From Macrostomum hystrix (taxonomy: Eukaryota; Animalia; Platyhelminthes), in NCBI GenBank assembly GCA_950097015.1, contig CATNEN010000009.1, forward strand, positions 124,001 to 188,000: DNA of 64,000 bases. Direction: 5' to 3'. The position numbers and the translations under genes are program-made. Below the pieces are notes generated by a model. It was not told the DNA's origin. It saw only the letters and a list, made by a program, of their open reading frames with translations, and did not search any database. Position 1 is the first letter of the stretch; each line of letters opens with the position of its first letter. This document shows, in pieces, positions 22,501-35,102 of the stretch.

Positions 22501-23462
22501 TCTTAGCTTTTGCTTTGGAGTCGGGCACATTTACCCACTGAAAATTTGCTGATGAATCGATAATGAAGATCCATCTTGAACTTATAATTTTTACCTTAAA
22601 GAAACACTCACCGAGAACCATCTTTCCACTTTCAAAAATCTCAATCGCTTTCTTTCTAGTCAGGCATTCTAGCTCTACTTATAGATCTAGTGCGACTAAG
22701 TAAATAGCACTGCTTTAACCAACTTGGGAAGAGTAGTTTATGCGAAATGAGCCATAGGCTCTCCCAGAAAAACTTGAGTAACGGGCGTCCGTAAATACGG
22801 TTTATCTGAGAGGCAGTATATTGTTTGAATTTTGGCACAACTTAACAAAAAAGGATAAATATTAAGTAAGCAAAGAAAACAGACATGGAGGAAGACTAGA
22901 GAGAACAGAGCAACGCACAAAACTGGTGTCCGAATTATGCAGAGCAAACGGTTCGGCAATGGCAATGCAATAAATTCTAGTACTAAGAGCAGAAGAGCGA
23001 ATAGCGCACTGTGATATGTGGGCGGTAGGGCCAATATCATAGCACTATCAGTTAGTACGAGATGCCAGAGACGAGGTCAATAATTTGACAGAGTGATAAA
23101 AAACTATCCACTAAGGTTGAAACGAGTGATTGCATCTCACATGGCTTCTAAAAGATAGAAAAAGTATTCACACATTGGTAGCTCCTTAGCATTGGCTAGA
23201 ACGGTCCAGGAGACACGGAAAATGCTACCGAATATGAAGAAAACGAACACGCCTGTGATGCGAGCAGGTTAGTGTATAATAAATTTTCAACGAAACCAGC
23301 TAATCTGCACAGTGGGTAAACAACCAAATCAACAATTCAACAATACTTTTTTAATATGGTTCAGCGAGCAAAGATAAATATGCAAAGAGCTGCGAGAGTG
23401 CCGCGGATTTCAAAACTATTTGCAGTGGTGTTACCAGAGAGCTGATTTTTGGGACAAAAATT

Positions 23463-24965
23463 CTACAGCTCTACCCGCGGCTTAACGGAATGCAAGCCGA
23501 TGGCAGACTTGACGAAGTCGGCGAGCGCCGTGAGGTCTCTGAGGCCACCGAAGCTGTCCACCAGATGGCCTCGCCGGTACAACAGCAGGCTGGGGTACGC
23601 GCGGATTCCATGTCTGGTGCACAGCGCCACCTCCTGAGTGCAGTCCACCTTCGCCAAGGCAAACTGGCCTCGAGTAGGAAACTCCTGGGTCAGCAAATGG
23701 GCAAGCTGGTCCCACACCGGTGCTAGTTGCTGACAATGTGAACACCTGCAGTGGTGCAGCGCACCTTGTAAACCATAAATCTGTCAATACCCTCTAATCA
23801 AGCTAAAACTGCTAATAACTCACCAAGGTGCAAAGAATTTCACGAATAGGAATTCAGTGGACTTTGCAGCTTCGTCAAATGTGTCCAAGGTAAGCGAAAT
23901 AGGCCTGACAATCTAAAAGCAGAAGGGTTCATGGACTGTAAGGTTTACAATAATAGAAAGATAGACTTTGGCCTTATGGGCAAAAATTCTTCCAGCCATC
24001 AATGGGACAGAATTTGAACACAAAATCAGATCTCACCGAAAACCAATTCTCGACGACTCCCTCTGCCGCGGCTGCTGCTCTGTCCTCACGCAGCCGCTGC
24101 AGCTGCAGAAGCAAGAATCGGCGCCAGTCCTCGATTGAGTTTTCGGCCTCGTGCACTGCCAGGCGGCGGCCAAGGCCGTGCAGCGCCATAAAGGGGTAAT
24201 GCGGCACCGCCTGCCTGCTGCAAGTGTCCATCTGGCTCTCACAGTTCACCTGACCCAACGACACTCCCAGCAGCTTGGCAGCCGGCGCCAGCTTGGGGAA
24301 CAGTGGCTGCAGTTCCTTGCAGTGTGGACACCAGTCTGTGTAGAACTTAATAAACACCGGTCCACCGGCAGTCAGTGAGTCAAAGTTTGTGTCCGTCAGG
24401 TCCATTACCCCGTCCTTTGTATCTGGCATCACTAATTGAGAATCTCTGAGGCCACCATCCTCGAAATTGGTGGGCTCCGAGCGAGCACCAAGCATTGCCT
24501 TGCCCAGGAAACTCAATAGAGCGCTGTCAGAACGGCGGCCTTTTAAGATCTGTGCCCGATCAAAACCCGACTGGTGGAACCGGATGCTAGCAGGATTACG
24601 GAGTAGGATACATTATTTGTAAGCCGTGTAAGATAGTGGGTGCGATGTTAATGAAATGATGATTTATTGAACGGAGCAAGATAAACTTTAAAAAGATTGG
24701 AAAATAAAAATCTGCTTACCTAGGATAGTATTTGACTTTCTGTTCAACACAGATATCAGTTTCCTTCACACAGTCAATCTAGGGATATTAAATTGATTGT
24801 TCGACTACATGTTAAGGAGGAAGGCATTTAAAACGTTTTAGTGACAACTTTGAATAGCTAAACGAAAATCTTACCAGATGGCTTACAAAACCACCTCCAA
24901 CAGTTGGCAAATTTTGAACATTTAGTTTCTTCCACAGCTTGAGAAAGTGTTGACTGAACTCACAT
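23463..24965 (-). CDS. Three-thioredoxin-domain ER protein disulfide isomerase, TXNDC5/ERp46-like (5' exon(s) not located)
   Basis: Exons 24965-~24875 (xCEFSQHFLKLW..), 24778-24720 (IDCVKETDICVEQKVKYYPS), 24586-24037 (..FIKFYTDWCPHCKELQP..VNCESQMDTC..HYP), 23912-23824 (..LFVKFFAPW) and 23745-23463 (CSHCQQLAPVWDQL..AKVDCTQEVALCTRHGIRAYPSL..RVEL*). Splice phases are consistent; the C-terminal RVEL is KDEL-like. Confidence 0.82.
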
Positions 24966-25259
24966 CTAAATAGGTTGGGTAGGAATGTGTTTAATATAAA
25001 AATACTGTTACTAAATCAAAATATTTAATGCTACTGATACTAAGCAGAGGAAAATGTTTCGCCTAAAATTGAGCATTGCACTAAGCTAGCTAATATAACA
25101 GAATTAAGTTAATTCGTTGTGGCAATAAATTTGATGCACATATTTTGTGTCCTATGTTCATTAGCATACAGCTAGATATTGCTGTGACTGAATGATTTTA
25201 TCCCACTTCTATAAGTGACCATTTGAAAAGCATTTCTACCTAGCATGGGTGGTGTTCAG

Positions 25260-26510
25260 TCACTTCAAACCTTCCTCCCTTACTCGAGACAGCTTTAGGC
25301 AGCTTCTGGCCTGCCTAAGATTTTACGACTGCTCGGAGGCTTTGGGTTCTGGTCCACTAGCTAAAATAGAGCCTTTTTAGAGCATGTAAGCATTTGTGTC
25401 ACAACAATTACATGCCCAGGCAGTGACTTTCGGTGGATAAGATGCTTGTGCTGTACAAGAGCCTGGTCGCTTTCAAGCAATATATCCCAACTACGAAAAG
25501 CAAATATGGCATCAAGATGTACTGCATCTGCGCAAGCCCTGTGGAACTTTGCTGCCCATACATCAACCGATGTGAATGCTCAGTTTGGTGAGGGACATGG
25601 ATGCCAGGGCTTGACCATGAGTGAGAGAGTGGTCGCCGAGCTCTGTCGCGGTCTGCTTCATCTCGGCCATCATGTATTCACTGACAGCTGGTTAACATCT
25701 CACCAGCTGGCAACTTGGCTTCTGAAGCGCGGTACTCTGTTGATCGGGATGGTTCGGAAAAACCGCGGTATCCAAGCTGAACTGCAAGCCGTGAACCTGC
25801 AGCCAACCTCATCGGCGTTCGCTCGCTCAGGCTACCTACTGGCCTGCAAGTTCGTCGATAGGAGGCAGAGGGGCATCAAATCTGTGTTTGTGCTTGACAC
25901 ACTGCAGGCAAGGCGCAGTGCGTCCAAGTCCATCGCACCCGTCGGGGAGGTGCCGTACAGGTGGTGCCAAAGCCAGTGAGCCTGCTTGCGTATTCTGCTA
26001 GCATGGGTGGCGTCGACCACATGGATGCGTCGCTGCACCCATACATGGCCAATCGCAAGAGCCTTTGCTGGTTCCACAAGCTTGGAGTTCACCTGCTTGT
26101 GTGCTTGTTCGTACGAGCTTGTTCATTCGTTCTTGCTCGCAATGCCTGGGTCACCTACCAAAAGTCTGGCGGCACCAAGACGTTTCTGCAGATTTTGAGA
26201 ATTGCAGTCAAAAGTCTGTTGGAAGACACGGGTGTATCTAGGTGACGTGGCGCAGCACCTGGCAGAGCAGTTGCCGGAGTCAGTGCAGTTCCAGGAGCTG
26301 CTGCTGCTCTGGTGGATGGAGCTGCTGCTCATTCGCCAAGCAAAGCCCAAAGACAGAGGGATCAGGTTTGGCCTCACAAGTGGTGCCGGGTGTGCTATGC
26401 TACTGGTCAAGCGAAAAAGACTGTGTTTGCCTGTCAGGCCTGCCCGGGTTACCCAGGACTCTGCCTCAGTGCTTGTTTCACACACTGGCATACCAGTAAG
26501 CATATTTGAG
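25260..26510 (+). mobile_element. piggyBac transposase relic (catalytic core + C-terminal cysteine-rich domain), frameshifted
   Basis: LTRDSFRQLLACLRFYD; LSVD; AFKQYIPTTKSKYGIKMYC; GHHVFTDSWLTS..GMVRKNR; YSASMGGVDHMD..RKSLCWFHKL; CRVCYATGQAKKTVFACQACPGYPGLCLSACFTHWH. Termini are not resolved. Confidence 0.88.
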
Positions 26511-28709
26511 TTGCAGACTAGCTTGTTTGTCTTCATGATTCATTATACCATCAGCTCATGAATATACTCAAATTCACAATCTTTTTCATCCTGTCCATAT
26601 CCTACATTCGTGTTTCCGTTGTCTAAATTAATGAATGAGAACATGATTTTTTCTAAGTGAAATTTTCATCTAAAGGTAAAGATTAAAGGTTAAGGTTAAA
26701 GATAGGTTAGTAAAAAGTCTATTATAATATATCTATCAATCACTATTTATTCAAAGGCTTAGTCTGAATTTGGGTCTTTTCAGTCAGGACCAGCTGTGTT
26801 GCGAGCTTTCTGGCCATAGACACAGAAACTTTCTTGGTGGCTTTGGGTGTGAAGCTATGACACGAATTCGAGTCATCCATTGGCTCATGGTTAAATTATA
26901 ACCAACTTTGTGAGTAAATGTGTCAGACAGAAGGCAAAACTCTAATCAGCTATGCTACTTGTCTTAAAGAAGAAGTCTCATCTTTGAGTTAGAGAACCTA
27001 AAATGGAAGTGGTTCTAACAAAGTGCTCATTAAGCTGTGGCTTATTGTTGATTTGGCCAACTTAGATATTAGGAAGTCTAGAGTTTAAATCAGGAATTCT
27101 AGAAGCTAGAGTCTAGACTCTGAACTGACAGTCAATCAGGTCACAGAAAATGTTGTGCAGAGCTGATTAGCAGATGGTCAGCTAATTTTCTATTGGGTCC
27201 TTGGCTGCTACTAACTATAGAACCTAACGCTATGGACAATGTCCAAAGCTCACAAACATTGTGACAGCTCTGGTTCTATTCTGTCACCATAAATGAGTGT
27301 TCTTGTTTGCCATCTTGTTTGTCAAATGCTCCTCTGAGTAATATATATCTATAATTAAATGTTTATTTTGCAAAAGAATTGTATTGCTAAAAAAATTGAA
27401 TATATATTCATAGCTACAATATTCATTACACAGGCCTAAGCTAATTTGTTGCATTGTATCTTCTAATCAAAAAAGTAAATAACGCAAGCATTTTTTTTCA
27501 ACTGATGATTTTTTATTACCTACCTGTTTTTTATAATTATATTGTATTCTTTTTCAAGCATCTGACTCTACTACAAGGCTTACTATCTTTTTAATTAGAG
27601 CCAAACAAACAAAAATTAAAAAAATGACATGCTAGCTTTCATACTTTTAGCTTTCTAAACTTGTTAACGTTTCAGTGAAATATAGTGGCCATATCTTAAA
27701 TACAATTTATCAAATGTCTAGGCCTTAGTAGCCTGGGCTAATATATTGAAATTATAGTTGACAAAAGAAATGTCTGGGTAAAATATAAACTATACATATA
27801 TTATTATAGTCTATACATATATTAAAATTACACAAAATTTTGTTGTATTTAACTGATATTTCTAGTACATATTCATGTTAGCTTGTAGTAAACACATTAT
27901 ACACAGAAATATTTGTGAAGATATTATGACCTACAGCTTGACATAGGTTTACAACAAGAATTGGCGCACTAGCTATATCAAACAAACTTTGGGTGGCTTC
28001 AAGCGTACAACATGATACAGAGTCTGGCTACCTTGCAGTTTTGCATTATTAATTTTTTCTCTTTAAATTATATTTCAACTAAGTACCTTGTTTGATCTAG
28101 TTAGACTATTTTTAATGAGTAGGCCTAACAAGTTTTAATGAATTATTGAGTTTTGTTTGTATAACAGTCTAACTGACATTTATACATGTAAGACTGGGTA
28201 GCATTGGAGAACAGGAGAACTCAGAACAGGAGATTGCTGAAGGCCTTTGCACTGATTTTTATGGCAGATCTGATGCCACAGGAACTACTAAAAATGGCTG
28301 TTGAAAATGGCTTTGACTTGCTATACATGCCATGGAGGTTGGCTGATACATGCCCAAGAGCCCTAATGGAGCAAATTTAAAAAGCTGCGGACACTCCTGC
28401 TAGGCGCAGTTGGTTTTAAGAAAAAGAGCGCAAATCCACAATTGCTATATATCTTCAGTCTGACTCAATGTAGTAATTGATTTCACCAAAAATGTCAAAA
28501 GACCTTTTTTGATCTCCGTAGTGTATTTCTATAATTAGAACAGCTCAGGTTGTCTTTTCGCACTTGGGCACTGCAGAGCATGTAGTCGTGCTTGCGAATA
28601 AATGTGCGCCCCTCCATTAAAAATGTATGTAAATGTGCCTGGCTAGAATTGCACCGACATGTACATGTAAGTTTCTTTTAATATGTAAATGTATACCTAA
28701 GCGCACAAT

Positions 28710-29022
28710 AATTAATAATTAATTAATAATTGTTTACACCTGCCCCAATCGGGTCACATGTGCAGACCACAGCACAGCCACAGCTATTGCGCGGCACATC
28801 TGAAGGCTGCATACAGCTGTTCAGTCCATGAACTAGGGGGACGCCACACCCACCTTCAATTATCCCAGCTGATTCTGGTACCCATTTAACAGCTGGGTGA
28901 ACTGTAGCAATGCAGAGTTAAGTGTCTTGCTAAAGGACACAAATTGTTCCAGTGGAGATGGGAATTGAATTTCCGACCTTCAAGTCGTGAGTCCAATGCC
29001 CTAACCACTAGGCTACAACCTC
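28710..29022 (-). mobile_element. tRNA-derived SINE with CORE-like central domain
   Basis: The minus strand reads gaggttgTAGCCTAGTGGttagggcattggactcacgacttgaaggtcGGAAATTCAATTCCc (A box and decayed B box). Next comes gtgtcctttagcaagacacttaactc..cacccagctgttaaatgggtacc, similar to the CORE-SINE domain, then an AT-rich (taat)n tail near 28710-28735. Confidence 0.7.
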
Positions 29023-29784
29023 TGTACATCCACGCTAAGCACACAATAGCATGGATGTATGGCACGGGTGCACATTGCTATACCATGTGCACCTACATGT
29101 ACATTTAAATGTATTTTATAATGTGTTGTAATGTACACATATTTAAACACACAAGGTGCGAATACAGAGGCACTGGCATTCACTACCAGCATTGAGTAAA
29201 TGTAATACAAAATATAAATTTATAAAGAACACAAGACATTAGTGTAAGGGCACAAGGGCGCACTGTTTGCTATACATCTATATACTTACAACAACTTTAC
29301 ACACACAAGGTGTGGCTGCACGGACAGGAATTTCTTTCTATGCAGTAGCGCAGGCAATTTTTCACAAGCACGCTGGATGTTGTCCGCAAAAACCCCTATT
29401 GGCTCTAATAGGGCCCAAGAGCCCTCAACAGTGTTTGTTACTATAGAATAGTGAAGTGAACCTGGGTAACTTATAGAAAATAAACTTAGGAACAATCAAG
29501 CAAGAGTCAAGAGTGAGCAAGCCAGTGACTTCAGCCATAGACATGATGTAGACTGAATATAGTAAAATTGAAAATCTGTGACTTTTTCTTTGTATATATT
29601 TTGTTTTAATACCTGTAAATTGCGTAAATTTGTAAATGGTTTGTTTTAATGCAAAAATAGTTTGTTTGAATGTGCTGTAATTATTTTGTTTGAAATGATA
29701 CAAAGTAGTATAAATACAGGAGCGAAATCAAGGGAGAAACTAACCTTGTTCGATCATTCAATGCAGTTTGAAACAACGTTTGTA

Positions 29785-30072
29785 GGCGATTTCTTAGTTT
29801 CCCGCGTTAAATTATTTTGTAAGTCCAAGCAATAAGCAATTAAGCAATAAGAAGTCCAAGTCCATATATAAAAGTCCAGGGGCCATAGATGGGATGTCAG
29901 GGATGTCAGACAGTGGGGTAGTAGTGCGCAATCCAGAACATGATGTTGCCAAACTGCTTGTGCGGAAACTGGCGGCGCCACATGTACTCTTGCAGGTACG
30001 TGTCAAAGAGGACAGTCAGCTCCCGATGGAAAAAGCAAAAAAAAATTTAACGCGGGAAACTAAGAAATCGCC
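29785..30072 (-). mobile_element. Merlin (IS1016/ISXO2-like) deletion derivative
   Basis: 29-bp TIR GGCGATTTCTTAGTTTCCCGCGTTAAATT and its reverse complement; 8-bp flanks cgtttgta / agtttgta (7/8). The internal minus frame LFDTYLQEYMWRRQFPHKQFGNIMFWIAHYYPTV* matches the Merlin transposase C-terminus (YL.E(F/Y).WRR..F..I...YP). Confidence 0.85.
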
Positions 30073-30239
30073 AGTTTGTATACAATACTCAGAATTGTGT
30101 TCTTTCATTCTTTATAAAACATATGGAGAGGAATACTAAGAAAGATTCAAGAGAGAGAGAAATAGAAAGTATTGCCGTACACTTGAGATCATTAATAACG
30201 CTCTTCGGAAAGCCTATACTCAGAAATACATACATATGA

Positions 30240-30520
30240 CATACATGCGCAACCTCCCAAATCTTAGCCGGCCGTGCGACTTAGTTTTTGCTCTCATTTG
30301 CGACTTAGTTCATTTCATTGCTCTATTTACGACTTAGTTTGCTCTCATTTGCTCTCTTTTTCTCTCCCCTTTTTTCTTTTCTTCACGCCTTCCTTTTTTG
30401 TCCCTTGGTCCCCCCTTTGATTTTTTTGCGCTTGGTCAATTGGTTTTTGCGACTTACCTTGCTTGGCCCTCGTTTCACCCGGCTGGTTCGGCCGGGTCGG
30501 CCGGGTGTTGCGCATGTATG
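30240..30520. mobile_element. MITE copy 2 (opposite orientation to copy 1)
   Basis: Perfect TIRs CATACATGCGCAAC / GTTGCGCATGTATG; 9-bp direct flank TACATATGA. Confidence 0.92.
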
Positions 30521-31601
30521 TACATATGATAAAGTAATCGGCCAGAATAACTAAATATGCTACCTTAGACTAACTAAATATGATACTCAGAATAACTAAA
30601 TATGCTACCAGACTAAATATACTACCAAGAAATTCTTTGAAATATATATAAAATACATTCTCTGAGACTAATTCTAAGAAAATATTGAAACTACTTAGAC
30701 ATTAGGGCCTATATCAAATACCTCTATAAAAACAACTTTCGTAGAATATTAACAATAAAAAATATAACAACATTGTGAAAGTAAAGTTAGAATAGTAATT
30801 AGCACTAGGACAACATTGGTAACAGCAGTAGGATTTTCTTATAGGCCTAGGCCTATATTATCTAATTACCCCTAGGACAACTTTGGTGGCATTCAGTGGG
30901 ATATAAAATATTATAAAATAGCCCTAGCACAGACATACAATCAAGCCAATAGCAACTGCCTATATTGTAATCAAAGGTGGGACTTCATTTAACTTAGTTA
31001 AAATTGAAAGAGAAAAAATAATTAAACGTGCAAAGCTGTAGGATGCAAAACTTTTGAGTCCTGAAAAAACTATGCCTAGGGCCTATGGCTATGGCATATT
31101 GTTAGTAAATTTGTTAGGTGACATAAGTAAAATATTTTTAATCAAGCAAAAGAGAAAATTATACTTACTGAGATGAATAGTATGTAACAAACACATTTTT
31201 AGTCTCTATGTCTTTCAACAGCGTCACATATGTGGGAGACTTTGAATAGACAAATGAAACTAGCCCCAATAAAGCTAACTTCCAGAAAAAATTAAATTGA
31301 TTATGCATGATCTGTGTCTGCTAGTAAATTTTACACTTAAAATAAATTATATTTACCGCGTTCAAGACTATAATATCTGCATGCAAGCAGTTATGCAGAC
31401 GCTGCGCAGCAAAGTACGGTGCTCTTAATTTTATGCCTTCTTATTGGTGCAGACACTACCGTTTGTTACCGTAAGATACTATATGAACGCGCTTAAAAAT
31501 ATGTCCGATAATAATAGTTATGCTATTTGTTTTAGTGCCATATGTTGTTATAATACACTGCGTCTTCGATCCGTCTTCCCGAATATACTATGTCCGTGTT
31601 T

Positions 31602-33384
31602 TCTATATACTAAAGTTCGATATGTTTGTGCCACGCTGCTGTAAATTCAGTCTACGCTTTGTAGCTCTTCGATGCCTGCTCCGTTTTTCGTCATTCCTTC
31701 ACCAACGTGTCCGTCATGTTTGCCGGGTTCTGATTCTCTTGGTTGTTTGTCACCGTTTTGAGAGTGCAGTCTGCCATTGTGAAAAAACCTGTTAAGTCCT
31801 ATCTCCGTAGTTCAAATTTCGGATGCCTGTGGCTCTGCAATGCCTGTCCTGATTTTCTCTGCGTTTTGACCATTGTGGCCGTCCTGCTGGCCCCGTTCTA
31901 ATTCTCCCGTTTGTTTGTCATTATTCTAAAGTGGAGTCGACCATGGTGTAGAACCTGTTTCTCCTATCTCCGTAGTGAAAATTTCCCGTAGTCGGAGCGC
32001 CCAGATGTCTATGGCCCTGCGTTGAAGTCTGGGTTTTCTGGCGCGGGCGCGTGTATATACTTTAGAATGCGGAATGCCGTAGTCCCTTTTTACGCCTGCG
32101 GCCCCGCTTTGAGTTCAATGATTTGAACTCATTTCCCGGTGCGGAGTCTGGTTTTCCCGGCGTGAGTTGGCTGCAGAGTGACTTTCATATTGATATGGGG
32201 AGGCGGAAGCAGGAGAGTGCTGATGTCCGCATGCGTCGACTTGAGGCTCGGCGAGACTATCAGAGACGCCGTCGCGCGGCGATGTCTGCGTCTGATCGAG
32301 AGCAGCAGCGAGAGCGAGAGCGGAGCCGTCGCGCGGCGATGTCTGAGTCTGATCGAGAGCAACAGCGAGAGTGCGAGCGGAGCCGTTTGCCATAACGCTT
32401 GCCATGGACCACCGAGACCTTCAGCGCGCTATTGCGGATGCATTACCAATGCAGACGCAAACTCAAATATAACGAATCCGTTACCAGAGTTTTACCCGCC
32501 GAATGCCGTCATAGTGGCATTTGTTAGAATGGTCATTTTGTGACTGTGTCGTTGTCACTGTCACTGTGAATTGTAATTTGCGAATTCCTAATTATGTAAT
32601 AACTTGGGCCGTTTAAATAATGTCTTTTTGCTACCCTCAATTTATCCAGTTCATATAATTACTTATTATTCTGTGCGCGCTACTGTAAGTAGACGTGGAT
32701 GCACACCGCGCTGCCCTAGCTTATTTTCTACTAATGTCTCAAGCTATTCTACCCTGTCCAGTGGGCTTGCACGCTCATTGGCTGGGACTGTTCCCGAGAA
32801 TTATCGATCGCCCTGTTTTACAGTCTGTCTAGCTTATTTGACTAAGGGCTTTAGGCCCGCTCGCGCCCCACCTGCTCCTAGCCTAGCCTTGTCCTTGCCT
32901 TGTCTGCCCGTGCCTGGGTCTGCCTTGGACTCCTTGTACTTCTCTATAGGCTTCTCTATACTTGGCTTGACTAGACTTCTTCTCGTCTCGTCCACTTGTT
33001 CGCCTGTCCACTGACTATTACTTATTACTATCACTTACCGTTACTACTATTGAGCTCCTACGCCTTACTTTCCTCTCTGCTTGTCGTACGTCCCAGTGCA
33101 CCCAGATAATAAAGTGCTACCGCTACATAGAACTGACTCTAGACTGCCGTGAACTAAAATTGTCGCCGCCACTGACTTCGGTCTTCGTCCTTTTAATCGT
33201 CACAGTGACATTCTGACTGCCGTTGGAAAGACGGCCGGGTTATTGAATTATTCTGTCCGCTGGTGGAATGGGTAGTCATTGCCGGTGGACGGCAGTGGAG
33301 GGGTTCATCTTTACATTCTGTCAGCTGGTGGGGGGTCATTTTAGATGTATGCTGTAGCCCCCCCGGAGTGGGGCTAACCGGCTA
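31602..33384 (+). mobile_element. Probable non-autonomous Helitron
   Basis: 3' end: hairpin tagccc(ccccggagt)gggcta, then aaccggCTAG|T at 33381-33385. The putative 5' end TCTATATACTAAAG..TGTTTGT at 31602 is less certain. An internal Arg/Glu-rich ORF remnant with a 57-nt duplication (RRAAMS(A/E)SDREQQRE(R/C)ERS) resembles RepHel N-terminal repeats. Confidence 0.55.
32559..33210 (+). mobile_element. LTR-like segment (solo LTR?) nested in the putative Helitron
   Basis: 11-bp terminal inverted repeat TGTCACTGTGA..TCACAGTGACA (TG..CA), with AATAAA near 33108. It shares aaagtgctaccgctaca with 53889-53905. No TSD is visible. Confidence 0.5.
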
Positions 33385-35102
33385 GTTACCTACAAAATCT
33401 TAACCGCTTTTGGTCCGGCGTTCAGCCAATAAGCCTTAAGCCTTAGCTGGAAGAATATACCGAGTAAACCCAGTTGAAGTGGAAAAAGTTGATCGAGTCT
33501 TGTCTTACTTATTACGAGTACTTTCAAGCATTGAAAGATTTGGAACGGAATAAATATTTGTTGAGTGTTTTTGAAGAGTGAATAGAAAGAGAGGAGAGTG
33601 TGTGTGTTGAGATTAGGCAACTCCGATCCATTGGAGCCTTAGTATGACTGTTATCTAAAATCAGTGAGCCAATGAAATAACAGAATATACATATATTGTG
33701 GTCCCGCTCGGATACAAGTTATTCGCTACCAAAGACACAAAAATTTATGGGAGAATAAATAAAGTAATGACATAAAAGTAACATTAGTAAGAATTCGTTA
33801 TACAGTGCGAAGAAATATAAAATATAAATGGTGATTATGCCATGCGTACACTTCCCTGTATAATAAATTGAATGTGAGGAATTTTAAGCTAGCGGCTATT
33901 CACTATTCACCGGGGTCGGTGCTCTACCAATCGTTTCAATAGCAGCAGGGGAAACCTGAAAATAAATAGCGTTAATTAAGAGACTGGGGTAGCGAGCGAA
34001 GCGGAATAGATAAGCGATGATCGAGACACGCGTGTCGTCCTCCGGCCCGGCAAAACTCCCAATGAAAAAAAGAATAACAAAGTGAACACGAATAAAGACT
34101 CGAAGAATTTGATTGGGGAGTGATATAATCTATTTTTCGACTCGCCGACTCCAGATAAGAAAAGGATCGAATTGATTTGACTCTCGTTTACTTACTCAAC
34201 TTGATTCAAAAATTGCACCGGCAGAAAAATAACATACGCAAGAAAAAATATAGCGCGCTTAGAGCGAAAAGCTAAATTTGGTCCGGCTGGGGAAATTGGA
34301 TATAAAAACTTTACTTAAACCGGCCTAATCCGCGCCCTACTCTTCCCGAGAGGCTCCGGTTGTCTCTGCTTTCAGCGCTGCCCCGACAGATCCTATCGGT
34401 TGGGTACTCCTTCTGCCTGACGGCGGAGTCTCCGAAGAGAGTACGTACTGACTTCGACAACAAGCGCCTATCTAGACCACCCTTGTCAGCGGTGCACTCT
34501 CAAGACGCGTATAAGCGCCGAAAGCTACCTAACTGAACAAGCGGAGCGTGGTCGGGCGGGGAGGGACAAAACAAAGTAGACTAGCTCGCACGCGCTTCTC
34601 ACAGTGTGAGGCGATTTGCGGACACTGCAAAAACACGCTTTCTTTTATAGAGTCATTTTGACTCCAAATTAGGTCGTTCGGCGAGGTGGATGCCCGGCTG
34701 TAGCTTGAGCCAAGGCGAAAAATCACAGTAGACTCGCGAGCGCCAAGCGTACATTCCAACACAATTCCACCACACTCTCCCTAATGATGCTTCATCATTA
34801 CTGTACTTGAATTTTGATACAAGTATTCGAGAAGCGAAAGCGAAAAGAGGATTAGAACACAATTTGCGGGGAAATAAGCTAAAAACGGTTGCGCTGCGCA
34901 GTGGAAAAGTACATTTAATAGTTTGATGAATAATACGAAAGAAACACAATGTTACATTCGAAGCTAATTAACTGAAAATATATAACTGCATGAATAATGA
35001 AAAAATAGACTAATAATGTGATGTAAACATTACACTGGAACTAGAACTATCTCGTTCTCAAAAATAAAAATAAAACAGTCCTTGAAAGTCAGTACTAAAG
35101 TT

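Noticed and set aside
28950-29022. tRNA gene
   Set aside because: The B box is decayed, there is no closing acceptor stem, and it continues into a CORE-like body and AT tail, so it is a SINE head.
29286-29495. IVTNTVEGSWALL as a Merlin catalytic-Glu motif
   Set aside because: It resembles (H)TNTIEG.W but lies outside the Merlin TIRs and lacks the surrounding motifs; it may be chance.
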